Shown here piece by piece: positions 29,457 to 40,793 of a stretch of 64,000 bases of DNA (position 1 is the first letter of the stretch; each line of letters starts with the position of its first letter). The translations under genes were made by a program, and so were the position numbers. The notes under the pieces were generated by a model, which saw only the letters and a list, made by a program, of their open reading frames with translations, was not told the origin of the DNA and searched no databases. Source of the stretch: an uncultured Chitinophagaceae bacterium (GTDB lineage: Bacteria > Bacteroidota > Bacteroidia > Chitinophagales > Chitinophagaceae); NCBI GenBank assembly GCA_963826435.1, contig CAWGWY010000003.1:17151-81150 (forward strand), read 5' to 3'.

Positions 29457-30389
29457 ATGCCTCTAATAAGAATATGGTGGTGCGCCATTCTATTGTTTTG
29501 TTTAAATAAAAAAATAAAAGCACAGGATACGACCGACCTGATCGATCAATTAGAAAATGAAGCGCAGGTAAATGAAGCATTACATGCCGCAAATACATTT
29601 AAATACACGCGGATCATAAATGGCCACTCAGTGGAAAATCTGCCGGCGCATGTTTTAGATCTTAGAATATCGCATCGCTTTGGCCCCTTAAGCAGTGGCC
29701 TTTACAACTTTTTCGGACTGGATAACGCTACCATGAGATTGGGGTTCGATTACGGGATCACAAAAAATATTATGATCGGCATTGGCCACAGCACCTATCA
29801 AAAAACATACGATGCCTTTTTGAAGTTTAAGATATTAAAACAGTCAGCTGGAGCAGTTAAAATCCCCGTTACTGTGTCATTCGTTTCTTCAATCTCTGCC
29901 AGTTCACTCAGGCCACGGGAATTTTATATCAAGGTAGATAGCGGCGTAGAGTTGCACCGCCCCGCTTATACGCTGCAGTTACTTATTGCCAGAAAATTTT
30001 CCGGGCAATTTTCTCTTCAACTTATGCCAACGTTTATCCATGCCGATAATGTTTCTTTCAAGCATGCAAGGCACAATATTTATGCAATAGGAATTGCGGG
30101 CCGCCAGGAAATTTCGAAAAGAATGAGTATCAATGCTGAATATTATTACCAGCTTCCGGGTACAAAAGCCCCGGACTCTCACAATGTTTTATCGTTCGGT
30201 ATCGATATTGGTACAGGCGGTCACGTCTTCCAGTTACATTTTACAAACTCCATAGGGCTAATTGAAAAAACATTTATTACGGAAACAACCGGGCGCTGGG
30301 ACGATAGTGATGTTTTATTTGGTTTTAATATCTCGAGAGTGTTTCAACTGGGAAAGAGGCATAAGACAAATGCAGATTGGAAAAATTAA
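29457..30389 (+). CDS. DUF5777 family outer-membrane beta-barrel protein
   Basis: FK.TRIING.S, ISHRFG, FFGLD, TGGHVFQL.FTN and GFNISR.F motifs. Confidence 0.88.
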   Translation: MPLIRIWWCAILLFCLNKKIKAQDTTDLIDQLENEAQVNEALHAANTFKYTRIINGHSVENLPAHVLDLRISHRFGPLSSGLYNFFGLDNATMRLGFDYGITKNIMIGIGHSTYQKTYDAFLKFKILKQSAGAVKIPVTVSFVSSISASSLRPREFYIKVDSGVELHRPAYTLQLLIARKFSGQFSLQLMPTFIHADNVSFKHARHNIYAIGIAGRQEISKRMSINAEYYYQLPGTKAPDSHNVLSFGIDIGTGGHVFQLHFTNSIGLIEKTFITETTGRWDDSDVLFGFNISRVFQLGKRHKTNADWKN

Positions 30390-30910
30390 ATTAAACAAAT
30401 AAGGCTGACAACAAGCTTAAAACTTTTCATACCTGAGCGAAACTTTTTATAATAACAATGTTTTTTGGAGAAAATCAATCACCGGGGGCATTGTTCGTGC
30501 AGGAAATTTATTCGTACGTCATGTCTTTTTTTGCACGCAAGTGATAAACAGCGATGCAAATTATCACCAATGTCTTTTTTATTTTGATCAAAATCTTTAT
30601 GCAGAATAACTTACTTCGCCGCAGATATCTTTGGCAAATTTTAAACGCAATCATAAAGGCGTACACGTATGAATTCTTTACCGCCTTACCATGCTTGTTA
30701 GCCTGATACGCAGCGTCTGCATATATCTTAAAAACGGAATAAAAAACGTAGCCTTTATAATTGCCTGGCTTTTCTTTATTCGTAAGGTTATAACCGGCTG
30801 TGATCTGTGAAAGATTCATTAGTCGGAGGCCTTGCTGTTCAACAAATTTTAATTCATTATCTTTTTATCAATTTGTAAACCCTTCATCCAATAAGGCGTT
30901 GCAATGAGGA

Positions 30911-31807
30911 CTACTTTTTATTTATATACTCTTTTTGAGAGCAGTTTTTAAATTCCTGCGGCGATTGACCGGTTTTGGATTTGAACAATTTGGAAAAATG
31001 AACATCGGACTTGAAACCTAAATCATAAGCAATTTGTTTGATGGGTGTATTGGGATCTCCCAGTAATTCTTTAGCACGGCTGATTCTCAATTGTATTTGA
31101 AACTGGCCCGGCGCCAGGCCTGTATATTCTTTAAAGATTTTTCTGAATTTGGAGTAGCTGATATTTAATTCCCTGGCTACATCCGCGGGTGAAGTATTTT
31201 TTTCTATATTCGAACGGAATAAAAACCGGGATTTATTGATCAATTCAGGAATATACTGATCCTCGAATTTCAATTGCTCAGACAGGGAATAAATTCTTCC
31301 AAGAATATGCAACAATGCTCCGGAGGCCTGAGGTTGATACCCGGGCTTTTCTTCTTTTGCTCTATTGATAATTTCCAAAAAAAGGTTTATTAGTGTTTCA
31401 TCGAAGCCAATAAAAACGCAAGGGTTTTTTGGATCAAAAAACCGCTTTTTTACCAGGTCGTCAATTATTTTACCTCGAAAACCTACCCAAAACTCATCCC
31501 ATCCGTTTTGCGCGTCAGGCTTGTAGCGATGTTTCTCATTGGGAAAAAGAAATATCACTGTACCACTTTCCACCTCTTGCCTTCCCCGCCGTGAAGATTC
31601 GAAAATGCCAGAACCTTTTGTGATATAGATTACCTGGTACTCATTAAGTATTCTTCCGATTGACCACTTAAAATGATGATGTGCGGGATGCTGGCTTGAG
31701 GGATAAACTTCGTTTGGTTTGATGCTGGTACATCCTGTATTGAGAATGCTAATGCCCCATTTCTCATCGTTTTCTCCAATCGGCAAATATTTAAAATAGT
31801 CATTCAT
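30911..31807 (-). CDS. AraC family transcriptional regulator (cupin + HTH), probable PUL regulator
   Basis: GRIL.EYQ..YI..G.G, HRY.P...GW.E.W and C-terminal FRK.FK..TG..P...IA..LGF....FS..FK motifs. Confidence 0.92.
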   Translation of the reverse strand: MNDYFKYLPIGENDEKWGISILNTGCTSIKPNEVYPSSQHPAHHHFKWSIGRILNEYQVIYITKGSGIFESSRRGRQEVESGTVIFLFPNEKHRYKPDAQNGWDEFWVGFRGKIIDDLVKKRFFDPKNPCVFIGFDETLINLFLEIINRAKEEKPGYQPQASGALLHILGRIYSLSEQLKFEDQYIPELINKSRFLFRSNIEKNTSPADVARELNISYSKFRKIFKEYTGLAPGQFQIQLRISRAKELLGDPNTPIKQIAYDLGFKSDVHFSKLFKSKTGQSPQEFKNCSQKEYINKK

Positions 31808-32061
31808 AACTTACTGCAATATTGAAAATTACAATTAAAATATCAAACCTTGCCGCAAGTGTATAGCTATTAAGATCAACCCGCCGGTTAGATTAAGAAT
31901 AAAAACAAGAGCATTGAAAATTAGCTGAAAGCCTACTGGTGAAAGTAATAACTAAGCGAAACATGAGGCCTTTCAGCGAAATCTTATCAGCTTTTAAAAT
32001 ATTAAATGCAGCATTTTAAAAAGCCTTTTGAGATAATTAAAATAATAATAGCCCATAAAAT

Positions 32062-32138
32062 TTTATTGCCACAGATCACACAACTAATTCGTAAGGCTAT
32101 TTTAAATAGACTTATTTGTCAAAATCTATGGCAATAAA
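32062..32138. repeat. Inverted repeat (REP-like or stem-loop) downstream of susD
   Basis: TTTATTGCCACAGAT (32062-32076) and ATCTATGGCAATAAA (32124-32138) are complementary at 14 of 15 positions. Confidence 0.7.
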
Positions 32139-32162
32139 TTAATTCAAACAGTCCCTAAGAGT

Positions 32163-33695
32163 TTAATATCCCGGATTCTGCTCAAGGCCGCCCACCTGTA
32201 TCTCCCTTCTGGGGATAGGAAACAGGAGCCTTGACGTCGTTACATTATATGCGCCCGGATTAACACTGAGGTCGATCATTTTAATTTCCGCTCCATATGC
32301 AGTCATTACTTCAATAGCTTTGCCGGTCCTAACAAGGTCAAGCCATCTTTTATTTTCAAATGCCAGCTCAACGCGTCTTTCATGGGCAATAATATCTCTG
32401 AGTGCAGCCTGGTCAGTTGTAGAGATAGTTCCGCCACCGTTAAAAGCCCTGTTTCTTACCTGGTTGAGATATGGCAGCGCTTCCTGCGACTTGCCCTGTT
32501 CGTTGAGGGCTTCTGCCAACAGAAGCAGCGCATCTGAGTAGCGGTAAATGGGCCAGTTACTATTTGTTTGTCCAACTGTTGTATGCGGCCATGAATATTT
32601 TTTAATGAATGGCTTGCCAATTTTCCCCGGAGGCGCGATATAGCCAACAGGGCTTTTAATCGAATCAATAATAAAGCTGGCGCCTGTGGCACCCGAGCCC
32701 TCGGCTATGGCAACGGAAGCATCCAGCCTGGTATCACCCGGTTCATAACTATCAAGCATATTCTTTGTGGGAACATTCAATCCACTGGTGATGTTGTTAA
32801 CATGAAAACCCGTTACAATAGATGCATCATCGGTTTGTGGAAGAAACCGGTAAATAAAATCGCTTGGAATACCTGTTGGAGTTTGAAGGTATTGCACTTC
32901 AAAGATCAGTTCTTTATTAGTTTTATTTGTAGGATCGAAAACCGAACGATAATCGGGAAGGAGTTCATATCCATAACCGGGTATATCTTTTAGCGCATTT
33001 TCAGCAGCAGGATAATCTTTGCGGGTAAGGTAAACATACCCAAGCAGCATTTTTGCTGCACCTTTGGAAGCCTTGCCAAGCACTGCAGCTGCAATGGGCA
33101 ATACGTCCGCAGCCTCTGTAGCATCCTGGATGATTTGGCCATACACCTCTTCTGCGGTGGCACGCTGCAACCTGGCATCTTCAGCATTCCTTACTTCATG
33201 AATATGTAATGGAACACCGCCATAATATCTCACCAACTCAAAGTAAAATAAGGCCCGTAAAAATTTGGCTTCCGCAATGATCTGCGCTTTTCTATCCGGA
33301 TCAATATCCACATCGTTAATTCGATCCAAAATGGTATTAGCTCGTGAAATACCGGCAAAAGAACCATTGTATTTGCCATTCGATACCTGGTTGCCATCAT
33401 CGTCAAGAAAATCAGCAACTGCCAGCCGCGCTGTGGTAGCAATACTTGCATCAGCACCCCTGTTAATATCGTAGTGAGTATTATCCGACCTCATCTCGCC
33501 CATCACCCACGAATTCAGGTCGCCGAGGCTGCGCACTGATGCATAAGTGGCTACCAGGGCTTGCTGGAAATCACTTTCGGTTTTAAAGAAATTAGCCGCC
33601 GTTAAAAAATCTTCCGGCACATCGTTTATAAATTCCTTCGAACAGGAGAAAAGCAAGGCCGGTAAAACTAAAAACAGGTATACGATCTTTTTCAT
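32163..33695 (-). CDS. SusD/RagB family lipoprotein
   Basis: Lipobox LFSC; EA.FLRA..YF.LV...GGVP, RYSD.LL..AEA and ERR.ELAFE..RW.DL.R motifs. Confidence 0.95.
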   Translation of the reverse strand: MKKIVYLFLVLPALLFSCSKEFINDVPEDFLTAANFFKTESDFQQALVATYASVRSLGDLNSWVMGEMRSDNTHYDINRGADASIATTARLAVADFLDDDGNQVSNGKYNGSFAGISRANTILDRINDVDIDPDRKAQIIAEAKFLRALFYFELVRYYGGVPLHIHEVRNAEDARLQRATAEEVYGQIIQDATEAADVLPIAAAVLGKASKGAAKMLLGYVYLTRKDYPAAENALKDIPGYGYELLPDYRSVFDPTNKTNKELIFEVQYLQTPTGIPSDFIYRFLPQTDDASIVTGFHVNNITSGLNVPTKNMLDSYEPGDTRLDASVAIAEGSGATGASFIIDSIKSPVGYIAPPGKIGKPFIKKYSWPHTTVGQTNSNWPIYRYSDALLLLAEALNEQGKSQEALPYLNQVRNRAFNGGGTISTTDQAALRDIIAHERRVELAFENKRWLDLVRTGKAIEVMTAYGAEIKMIDLSVNPGAYNVTTSRLLFPIPRREIQVGGLEQNPGY

Positions 33696-33707
33696 TTTCT
33701 TAATAAT

Positions 33708-36700
33708 TTAGAAGTTGAGATTTAGTCCAAAGCTGAATATCCGCGGAATGGGATATGCGGCTGCATCCTTTCCTTCACTAAGGCCGTTCAGCCCATTTGC
33801 ACTTACTTCCGGATTGTCGTACTTACTGAAAACAAGAGCTTGCTGAATGCTAATAAAGGCCCTGATATTTCTTATGGATTTAATTGGCGTTGGATAAGTA
33901 TATCCTAATGTGACATTCTTTATAGTAAGGAAAGTACCATCATGCACGTAGCGGCTGTTGTCTTTCCGGTGTTCAGCGGTTGTAGATCCGGGCGAAGTCC
34001 GCCCGATAATGCCTGCACCGGGTTCTTCAATTGAGCGCCATCTGTCTGTAACATAGCGCTGCGTATTAAATATGCCGTCAATCAATTCCAGCCATTCATT
34101 CTTTCCATCGAAAATATCGCCCCCTACCGCACCACTGGCCACGATATTCATATCAAAATTTTTATAGGCGAAACTATTATTGATTCCAAAAATGAACTTT
34201 GGATTTGGGTTACCAATGTATGTACGGTCTTCCGCATTAATAACACCATCCTTATTCACATCTTTGAAGCGCACAGTGCCCACCATTGAATTTATTCCTT
34301 TGGGCTGAGCATCAAACTCCTGTTGTGTCATGTAAATTCCATCATATACATAACCCCAAAACCTTCCCATTGGCCCCCCAACTTCAGTCTTCCAGGTGTC
34401 GCCATATTCGTATATGCCACCTATGGGCGTATTATTGGCCCCCAATTGTATCACCTTGTTACGATTAACAGATACATTAATATCTGTTGACCAGGTAAAT
34501 CTTCCAACAAAATTTTTCGTGTTTAATGCAAACTCGTATCCCCAGAGCCTGAATTCCCCAACATTCGACATCACGCTGCCAAATCCTGATGACGTAGGTA
34601 CTTCAAGGTTATATAAAAGGCCATCAGTAGTTTTGTTATAGTAGTCAAAACTGAATAAAATCCGGTCATTAAGAAATCCCATATCTGCTCCCAGTCCAAT
34701 TCCCTTAGTTGTTTCCCAGGTAAGCAGCGAGTTGCCTAAAGAAACAATAGGGCGGCCCAGTGCTATGTTCTGGTTTAACGGATAATTATCTTGACCTATA
34801 TTTGGGTACTGGCGAAAGTCACCGATATTAAAATTACCTGTTTCACCGTATCCTGCCCGGAGTTTAAGATAATTAAGAGGACCAAGATTATTTGCAAATT
34901 TTTCTTCCGTTATTACCCATCCTAATGACAGTGAAGGGAAATTGCCCCAGCGATTGTCTGTGCCAAAACGGGAGGAACCGTCACGGCGGATAGCAGCACT
35001 CAGAAGATATTTTCTTTTGTAATTGTAATTCAATCTGGCATAAGCGCCCAGTAATGACCACTGCGTTGTACCACTGTTTGCATATCGGAATTCAGGGGGG
35101 CCGCCACTGATCCAGGGAATCAAATCATCCTGGAAGTTGCCGCCACCTGCAACATTAAATTCCCTCCGGAATCTTTGCGCCGAGTAACCTGCCAACGCTT
35201 CGATGTGGTGGTCGTTTGCAATAGTTTTGGTAAAGGTTACGTTGTTTTCCCATACCCACGAAATATCTGAGGTAGTATTGTAGCCTGCTGCACCCGGCGA
35301 TGGCGGCGGCCCAAAAATATTACCGGACGCAGTGGAAGGCCTCCAGGACCTGTTTCTCCAGTCCTCAAGCTCTACTCCAAATGTGGATTTAAACCTGAAA
35401 TATTTAAGAAAATTGATTTCTAAATAACTATTGGTAAGCAAATCATTGGTATGTGTTCTTTCTATACGCTCGGTGAGGGTCCTGTACCAATTTGGCTGGG
35501 TTAATATGCCTGGAGCAGAAAAACTTGCTTTTATATTACCATTTGCATCCTTATCAAAAGGAGAGAAAATGGGTGGTGTTACAAATGCAGAATAGAGAAT
35601 TTGATAACTGCCATCAGTATTGAAACTTTGGAAACTTTGTCGTGATGCCGAAATATTTGTGCCGATTTTTATATAATCATTTACCTTATATTCATTATTG
35701 GATCGCAGGGAATAGCGGGAATAATCTGTATTCAACAGCACACCTTTTTGTGTAAAATAACCTGCAATTAAGGTAGAGCTGAATTTGTCTTTGTTGGATG
35801 CAACGGAAATGCTATAATCGGAAGAGGTTCCCTGCCTGAGCAATACATCATACCAATCGGTGCTTTTATTCCTGTAGGCAGAAGGATCCTGGTACATTTG
35901 CGGTACACCACCGGTGTAGCCTTCATACCTGGCCTTATCCTCGTATATCTCTTTCTCAAATTGCACCCATTCCTCCGCATTCATAAGATCGGGCCTTCCT
36001 TTTTGGGGAACTTTTGTCAACCCGTATATCGCACTTAGTGTCACCCTGGTTTCCCCTGCTTTTGCCTTTTTTGTAGTAATCAACACCACCCCGTTTGCTG
36101 CTCTTGAACCATAGAGTGATGCAGCAGAAGCATCTTTCAAAACGCTTATATTTTCCACCTCATCCGGATTGATGCTGCCAATGCCAAAAGCGCCGCCTAC
36201 AAGTGGAATTCCATCCAAAACATATAAGGGATTATTGCCTGCTCCAATAGACGCAGCGCCTCTTATTTTAATTGACAGGCCTTGCCCGGGCGTACCTGTT
36301 GTTTGATTAATTTGTACACCGGTTAGCCTTCCCTGGAGTTTATTCAGAAGCTGACCCACAGGTTGATCTTTCAATTTATCAGCATCTATACTGGAGATTG
36401 CCCCCGTTACTTCTGTTCTTTTCTGCGTGCCATAACTCACCACCACTTCATCCAGCACGTCGTTACGGTTCAGCATCTGGATAGTAAGCACTGCAGATGT
36501 GTCTTTGATAATAACTTCCTTATCCTCGTAACCTACAAAAGAAATTACCAGCACCTGCCCGGCTGTCGCATCAATGGTGAAGTTCCCATTCTCATCCGTT
36601 TTCGTACCTCCGGATGATCCTTTAATCCTGATCGTCGCGCCGGCAAGTGGTTCCCCGTTAGCAAGAGTTACCTTTCCGGTAACAGGAGTGGCAGTGGCGG

Positions 36701-36797
36701 AAATACCAACCGTGGTATTTTTTGCAGCAATAAAATTGGACTGTGACTTCGCACTTAGTGCGCAGATAAAAGTTAATAAGATTATGGCAAATTTCAT
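33708..36797 (-). CDS. SusC/RagA TonB-dependent transporter
   Basis: Carboxypeptidase-regulatory-like N-domain; PLYVLDG, VLKDASAASLYGSRAANGV, RRDGSSRF and L.WET motifs; C-terminal Phe. Confidence 0.97.
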   Translation of the reverse strand: MKFAIILLTFICALSAKSQSNFIAAKNTTVGISATATPVTGKVTLANGEPLAGATIRIKGSSGGTKTDENGNFTIDATAGQVLVISFVGYEDKEVIIKDTSAVLTIQMLNRNDVLDEVVVSYGTQKRTEVTGAISSIDADKLKDQPVGQLLNKLQGRLTGVQINQTTGTPGQGLSIKIRGAASIGAGNNPLYVLDGIPLVGGAFGIGSINPDEVENISVLKDASAASLYGSRAANGVVLITTKKAKAGETRVTLSAIYGLTKVPQKGRPDLMNAEEWVQFEKEIYEDKARYEGYTGGVPQMYQDPSAYRNKSTDWYDVLLRQGTSSDYSISVASNKDKFSSTLIAGYFTQKGVLLNTDYSRYSLRSNNEYKVNDYIKIGTNISASRQSFQSFNTDGSYQILYSAFVTPPIFSPFDKDANGNIKASFSAPGILTQPNWYRTLTERIERTHTNDLLTNSYLEINFLKYFRFKSTFGVELEDWRNRSWRPSTASGNIFGPPPSPGAAGYNTTSDISWVWENNVTFTKTIANDHHIEALAGYSAQRFRREFNVAGGGNFQDDLIPWISGGPPEFRYANSGTTQWSLLGAYARLNYNYKRKYLLSAAIRRDGSSRFGTDNRWGNFPSLSLGWVITEEKFANNLGPLNYLKLRAGYGETGNFNIGDFRQYPNIGQDNYPLNQNIALGRPIVSLGNSLLTWETTKGIGLGADMGFLNDRILFSFDYYNKTTDGLLYNLEVPTSSGFGSVMSNVGEFRLWGYEFALNTKNFVGRFTWSTDINVSVNRNKVIQLGANNTPIGGIYEYGDTWKTEVGGPMGRFWGYVYDGIYMTQQEFDAQPKGINSMVGTVRFKDVNKDGVINAEDRTYIGNPNPKFIFGINNSFAYKNFDMNIVASGAVGGDIFDGKNEWLELIDGIFNTQRYVTDRWRSIEEPGAGIIGRTSPGSTTAEHRKDNSRYVHDGTFLTIKNVTLGYTYPTPIKSIRNIRAFISIQQALVFSKYDNPEVSANGLNGLSEGKDAAAYPIPRIFSFGLNLNF

Positions 36798-37163
36798 CGT
36801 TTAAAGTATTGGTAATTATTAGATGAAACTAAATTATCATATTAGGTGAACAATGAATTATCCATTCTGATATTTTGATTGTATTTTTTGATACTAATAA
36901 TTTTTACCTGTAGGGTAAAGTTTTTTATTCCACTGCTGTAGGGAAACAGCATATCGTTTCGCTTAGAAATTTTGCTAGATGAATTGATAAACCTTGCTGC
37001 CTTGTTTGAGTAGATAGGAAATAAATATTGGTCGAGAAAGAAGTTAAGAAAGCTAAAGAAGTTGATCTCAAATCAGACATTATAAACGAAGAGACATTAT
37101 GAATTGTATGAATTCTTTATTTAGCCTGGCAACATAAAATATATATAGCAGTTCGCATAATAG

Positions 37164-38663
37164 CTAACAAACTCTTATTGTATCAATACCTAATAACATA
37201 CCTAACTTTTCTATTTTGGAACCAATATGCTCAATGCCAACCGCACAATGATGTGCAGGGCCATGCATATTCCAGTTGTTCACAAAATTTCTTGCGCCTA
37301 TGGGAAATTTATAGCGACTGTTGGTATTTCCAATCTGCAAAATGGGCCCGGCAACAGATTCTCCTTCGGCAATTAATAACATCAATTCACCACCAGCCTT
37401 TTCAACTACACTCAATAATGTTACAGGCCCATTCTTTACCATCATTTCCACAGATAAGCCGTTGCCCACTTTGCCATGATACACCTGTAGCGGACGCACC
37501 TTGGTTTTGCCTTCAGCAATCGCAATGTGGCCCGGCCCGTCATGGCCCATCAGCACTACATCATCGTTATAATCCATTGCATAATACTCCGTAAACGATC
37601 CACCGGCTCCAAAACTATCCATGATTTTCATGGCCTGTGCATTTTTTATTTCGTACTCGCCCGCCACCGGAATACCTGTTGCCGTTAATAAAGAATTACC
37701 AAGAATAATGGAACTTATTGCTTCCTCATTTTCTTTATTACCGGTGCCTTTGTAATAGTAGGCCATCGAACCAAGTTTATACTTTGCCACCAACCGACCC
37801 AGTGCCACAGAGGTAATGGCTGCCTTTTCCAACTCCTCTAACAGGCAATCTTCCTGTACATCAAAGGCCTCATAAAAAAAATCAAGTCTCTCCTGCATTT
37901 CGCTTTTTGTTACCTCATTGCGCAGCATTGCCAGTTCCTCTACTTCAATTATTTCTATGTGGCCGCCAAAATATGCGCACTGCCGGGTAAGATCGGTATA
38001 GATATCCAGCATGCCACCGTAATAATGCCCCATACAGCCCAACCTGTTATTGAACATGATATTGGCAACTCTTGCTGCCTCCACCCATTCTTTTATTTCA
38101 TTCCAGCATTGGGGATCGTTGTGTAAGATGCCGGTTACCTGGTGAAAATTAATTCCCGCCCGTTTGAAAACATTCGCAATTTCTGGCATTGGACAAGCGG
38201 AACAAAAGGCCAGCCACTCGCCCGTCATCTTTGTGCGGTCTTTCATCGCATTGAATGCCGCATAATCAATGTTTGTTTCGGGTGAAAGATTTAATATTAT
38301 TACCGGCACTTTAGCTCTTTGTATTACAGGCAGCACAGTAGAAGACAATGCATAAGTAGTAACATAGAGAAAAATGATATTTACATCTTCCTTCCTGAAC
38401 ATTTTACCGGTTTCAAATGCTTTTTCGGCTGTATCTACCAATCCCGCATTCAGAACATTTGGATGAATAGATGACAGCCGCTCTTCCACAATTGCAAGAT
38501 ATCCTTCAAGCCGTTGCTTCAAGCCTTCGAATTGTGGCCAGTATGTGTCAAGGCCAATTCCAAACAATCCGATTTTAAGTGCTGTATTGTTGGATATGTT
38601 GAATTCACTATCGGGCTTAAAGCCTTTTTTTAAGGACAACATTTTTTTATTTTTTCTTACCAT
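37164..38663 (-). CDS. L-fucose/L-arabinose isomerase family protein
   Basis: GEYE, FTE, MGHDGP and HHCA metal/active-site motifs. Confidence 0.85.
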   Translation of the reverse strand: MVRKNKKMLSLKKGFKPDSEFNISNNTALKIGLFGIGLDTYWPQFEGLKQRLEGYLAIVEERLSSIHPNVLNAGLVDTAEKAFETGKMFRKEDVNIIFLYVTTYALSSTVLPVIQRAKVPVIILNLSPETNIDYAAFNAMKDRTKMTGEWLAFCSACPMPEIANVFKRAGINFHQVTGILHNDPQCWNEIKEWVEAARVANIMFNNRLGCMGHYYGGMLDIYTDLTRQCAYFGGHIEIIEVEELAMLRNEVTKSEMQERLDFFYEAFDVQEDCLLEELEKAAITSVALGRLVAKYKLGSMAYYYKGTGNKENEEAISSIILGNSLLTATGIPVAGEYEIKNAQAMKIMDSFGAGGSFTEYYAMDYNDDVVLMGHDGPGHIAIAEGKTKVRPLQVYHGKVGNGLSVEMMVKNGPVTLLSVVEKAGGELMLLIAEGESVAGPILQIGNTNSRYKFPIGARNFVNNWNMHGPAHHCAVGIEHIGSKIEKLGMLLGIDTIRVC

Positions 38664-38714
38664 TTATATAATATATGAAACAGGCAACACCCAAAAGAAG
38701 CTTGCCTTGCAGTT

Positions 38715-40754
38715 TTATTTTCGATCTGTTCGAAACTTTATTATATCCGAATCCCAGTTGACTCCAATTCCCTTGTGTACCGGCACAAATGTAAACATCC
38801 ATTTAGGGGGCACCTGCCAATCTGCCAACGGGTCAAAGCGGCCCATAGGAAGCTTAAACAATACTTCGTTCCAACCTTTATTCACTTTTACTGCAACAGG
38901 CGGCCTGTAGTAAAAGTTCTCATCTATCATCGGCTCACTCAGCCGTCCGGAAGAGCGCTCCGGGAAAGACCAGCCCGGTGGTAATATCAACGTTTTGTTG
39001 ACCCATATTGAACTTTTTTCGTAATCCCATTCTCCTTTTGGAGGCGTAGCATCGGCTCCGGACCGTGAAAGATCTTTGGTTTGTATCCACATTTGAAGAG
39101 TAGTATCACTATCGCCCCAAAATTGCGTGTATGCATACCAGGTAGTATTTTCTTTGAGAGTGCTGATCCATGCTTTTACTTCAGGCCCATGAGTATGCCA
39201 TAGCCAGACCGTTCCACCCGTTGCGGTTATTGTTGCAGTGGAATCCACCAGCTGCTGGTTTTGTTGTTCGGGCCAATAGGCAACAGAAAGATTACCGTTG
39301 TTTTCAAAGGGCCCGAATAATTTCCATTTAATATGTGTTTGCTTTACATATACAAACGGAAGCTGGTTAAAATATTTTTGTTTGTGCGCAAGCAACCGGC
39401 CCTCAAATTCCGAAAATGCTTTGGCCCTTACTGAGGAATCGACCCCGATTGAAAAAGTCACACCCGGAAAACCGTTTCCCTTCCAGCTTCGCTCCGCGAA
39501 GGCAAGCATGGAAGGGTAAACAGGGTTTTTGCTGATCAGTTCTGTTTCATCAGAAACATTCCTGTCGTTCCAAAGACAAAATTCCGCACCCAGTAAGGCA
39601 GCACCACCAAAAGGTTTACCGCCTAGCTCACGATTGAAAATGGTAACTACGCTGTTCAAGGGATCAAAATCGCTGATGTACAAAAATTTTGAATCAATAT
39701 ACTGTATGCCTTTTTTTCCAACTTCGTGGTCGCCCTCCTCTTTCCAGAGTTGTCGTATGGTATGGTTATCGTAGTTTCCTCCAGGTGCCCAGGCCACTAC
39801 CTGCCTTTTATGTTTTCGTATAACGGCGGTGATTTCAGGTATAAATGGGGTATTGGTTATGCGCACTTCGTCCGCCCCTATATGCAGGTAGGGTATATCG
39901 TAAGTGTTGCACACTTCTTCAAAAATATTTTTTACAATCTGAAACCCTTTCTCACTTTGCATATCTGTACCCATTGCCCTTCTGAATGCTCCGCTATGGC
40001 CTGGTATATCTATTTCCGGAACCAATATAATAAACCTTTCGCGACAGTAACGGATAAGGTCGTGCATATCTTCAATGCTGTAAAATTTACCCTTGTTGCG
40101 TTCGGTTATTTCCGGTGCAGTAAGTTGTGGATATTTTTTGATCTGCAGCCGCCAGGCAATGTCTTCCGTTAAATGAAAATGGAATATATTGAGCTTATAC
40201 CTGGCCATTACATCAATCTGTTGTTTTAGTTGTTGTAAAGATTGATAATTTCTTCCTGCATCCACCATATAACCCCGCCACCTGTACGCCGGAAAATCAA
40301 TAATATCGCAGCCTTGCATACTGCTGTTTTCATTCTTCAGTTGCATCAATGTTTGCAACCCGTTAAACAAGCCATGCCTGGTTTTCGCCGTGAGAACGAT
40401 GTCAACCTTTTTCACTGAGAGATGATAGGCTTCATTATCGTTATGTTCCGCTTTTACATCTCCAATACCAAGAAAGATGGTATTGGCTTTTGCCTGTACC
40501 GATTGATGAACTTCAACAGCAATACCAATTTCCCTTAACCTTTGCTGCAAATAAAAAGCTTCTGCTTTCAGCGAATCATGTTCCGCTACAATGTATTTGC
40601 ATTGCGAAAGATCAAACACTTCATCCTTCCACTGCACCATCTGCGGCATGGGGATAAGCGGCGGATTCTTATCGCCTGCATCAACAGGAAAAGAGTTTGC
40701 AATAACCAAACAAACCGGCGCCAGCCATTTACATATACTACTGTATTTAACCAT
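38715..40754 (-). CDS. GH20 beta-N-acetylhexosaminidase
   Basis: RG.MVD.GR, FHFHLTED..WR, PEID.PGH and catalytic HIGADE motifs; signal peptide. Confidence 0.92.
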   Translation of the reverse strand: MVKYSSICKWLAPVCLVIANSFPVDAGDKNPPLIPMPQMVQWKDEVFDLSQCKYIVAEHDSLKAEAFYLQQRLREIGIAVEVHQSVQAKANTIFLGIGDVKAEHNDNEAYHLSVKKVDIVLTAKTRHGLFNGLQTLMQLKNENSSMQGCDIIDFPAYRWRGYMVDAGRNYQSLQQLKQQIDVMARYKLNIFHFHLTEDIAWRLQIKKYPQLTAPEITERNKGKFYSIEDMHDLIRYCRERFIILVPEIDIPGHSGAFRRAMGTDMQSEKGFQIVKNIFEEVCNTYDIPYLHIGADEVRITNTPFIPEITAVIRKHKRQVVAWAPGGNYDNHTIRQLWKEEGDHEVGKKGIQYIDSKFLYISDFDPLNSVVTIFNRELGGKPFGGAALLGAEFCLWNDRNVSDETELISKNPVYPSMLAFAERSWKGNGFPGVTFSIGVDSSVRAKAFSEFEGRLLAHKQKYFNQLPFVYVKQTHIKWKLFGPFENNGNLSVAYWPEQQNQQLVDSTATITATGGTVWLWHTHGPEVKAWISTLKENTTWYAYTQFWGDSDTTLQMWIQTKDLSRSGADATPPKGEWDYEKSSIWVNKTLILPPGWSFPERSSGRLSEPMIDENFYYRPPVAVKVNKGWNEVLFKLPMGRFDPLADWQVPPKWMFTFVPVHKGIGVNWDSDIIKFRTDRK

Positions 40755-40793
40755 AAAAGATTTTAGCTACGATCATTCCTTTAAAAATATTTT

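Noticed and set aside
30508-30819. 103-aa minus-strand ORF between DUF5777 and AraC
   Set aside because: No family motif and atypical composition; probably spurious or decayed sequence.
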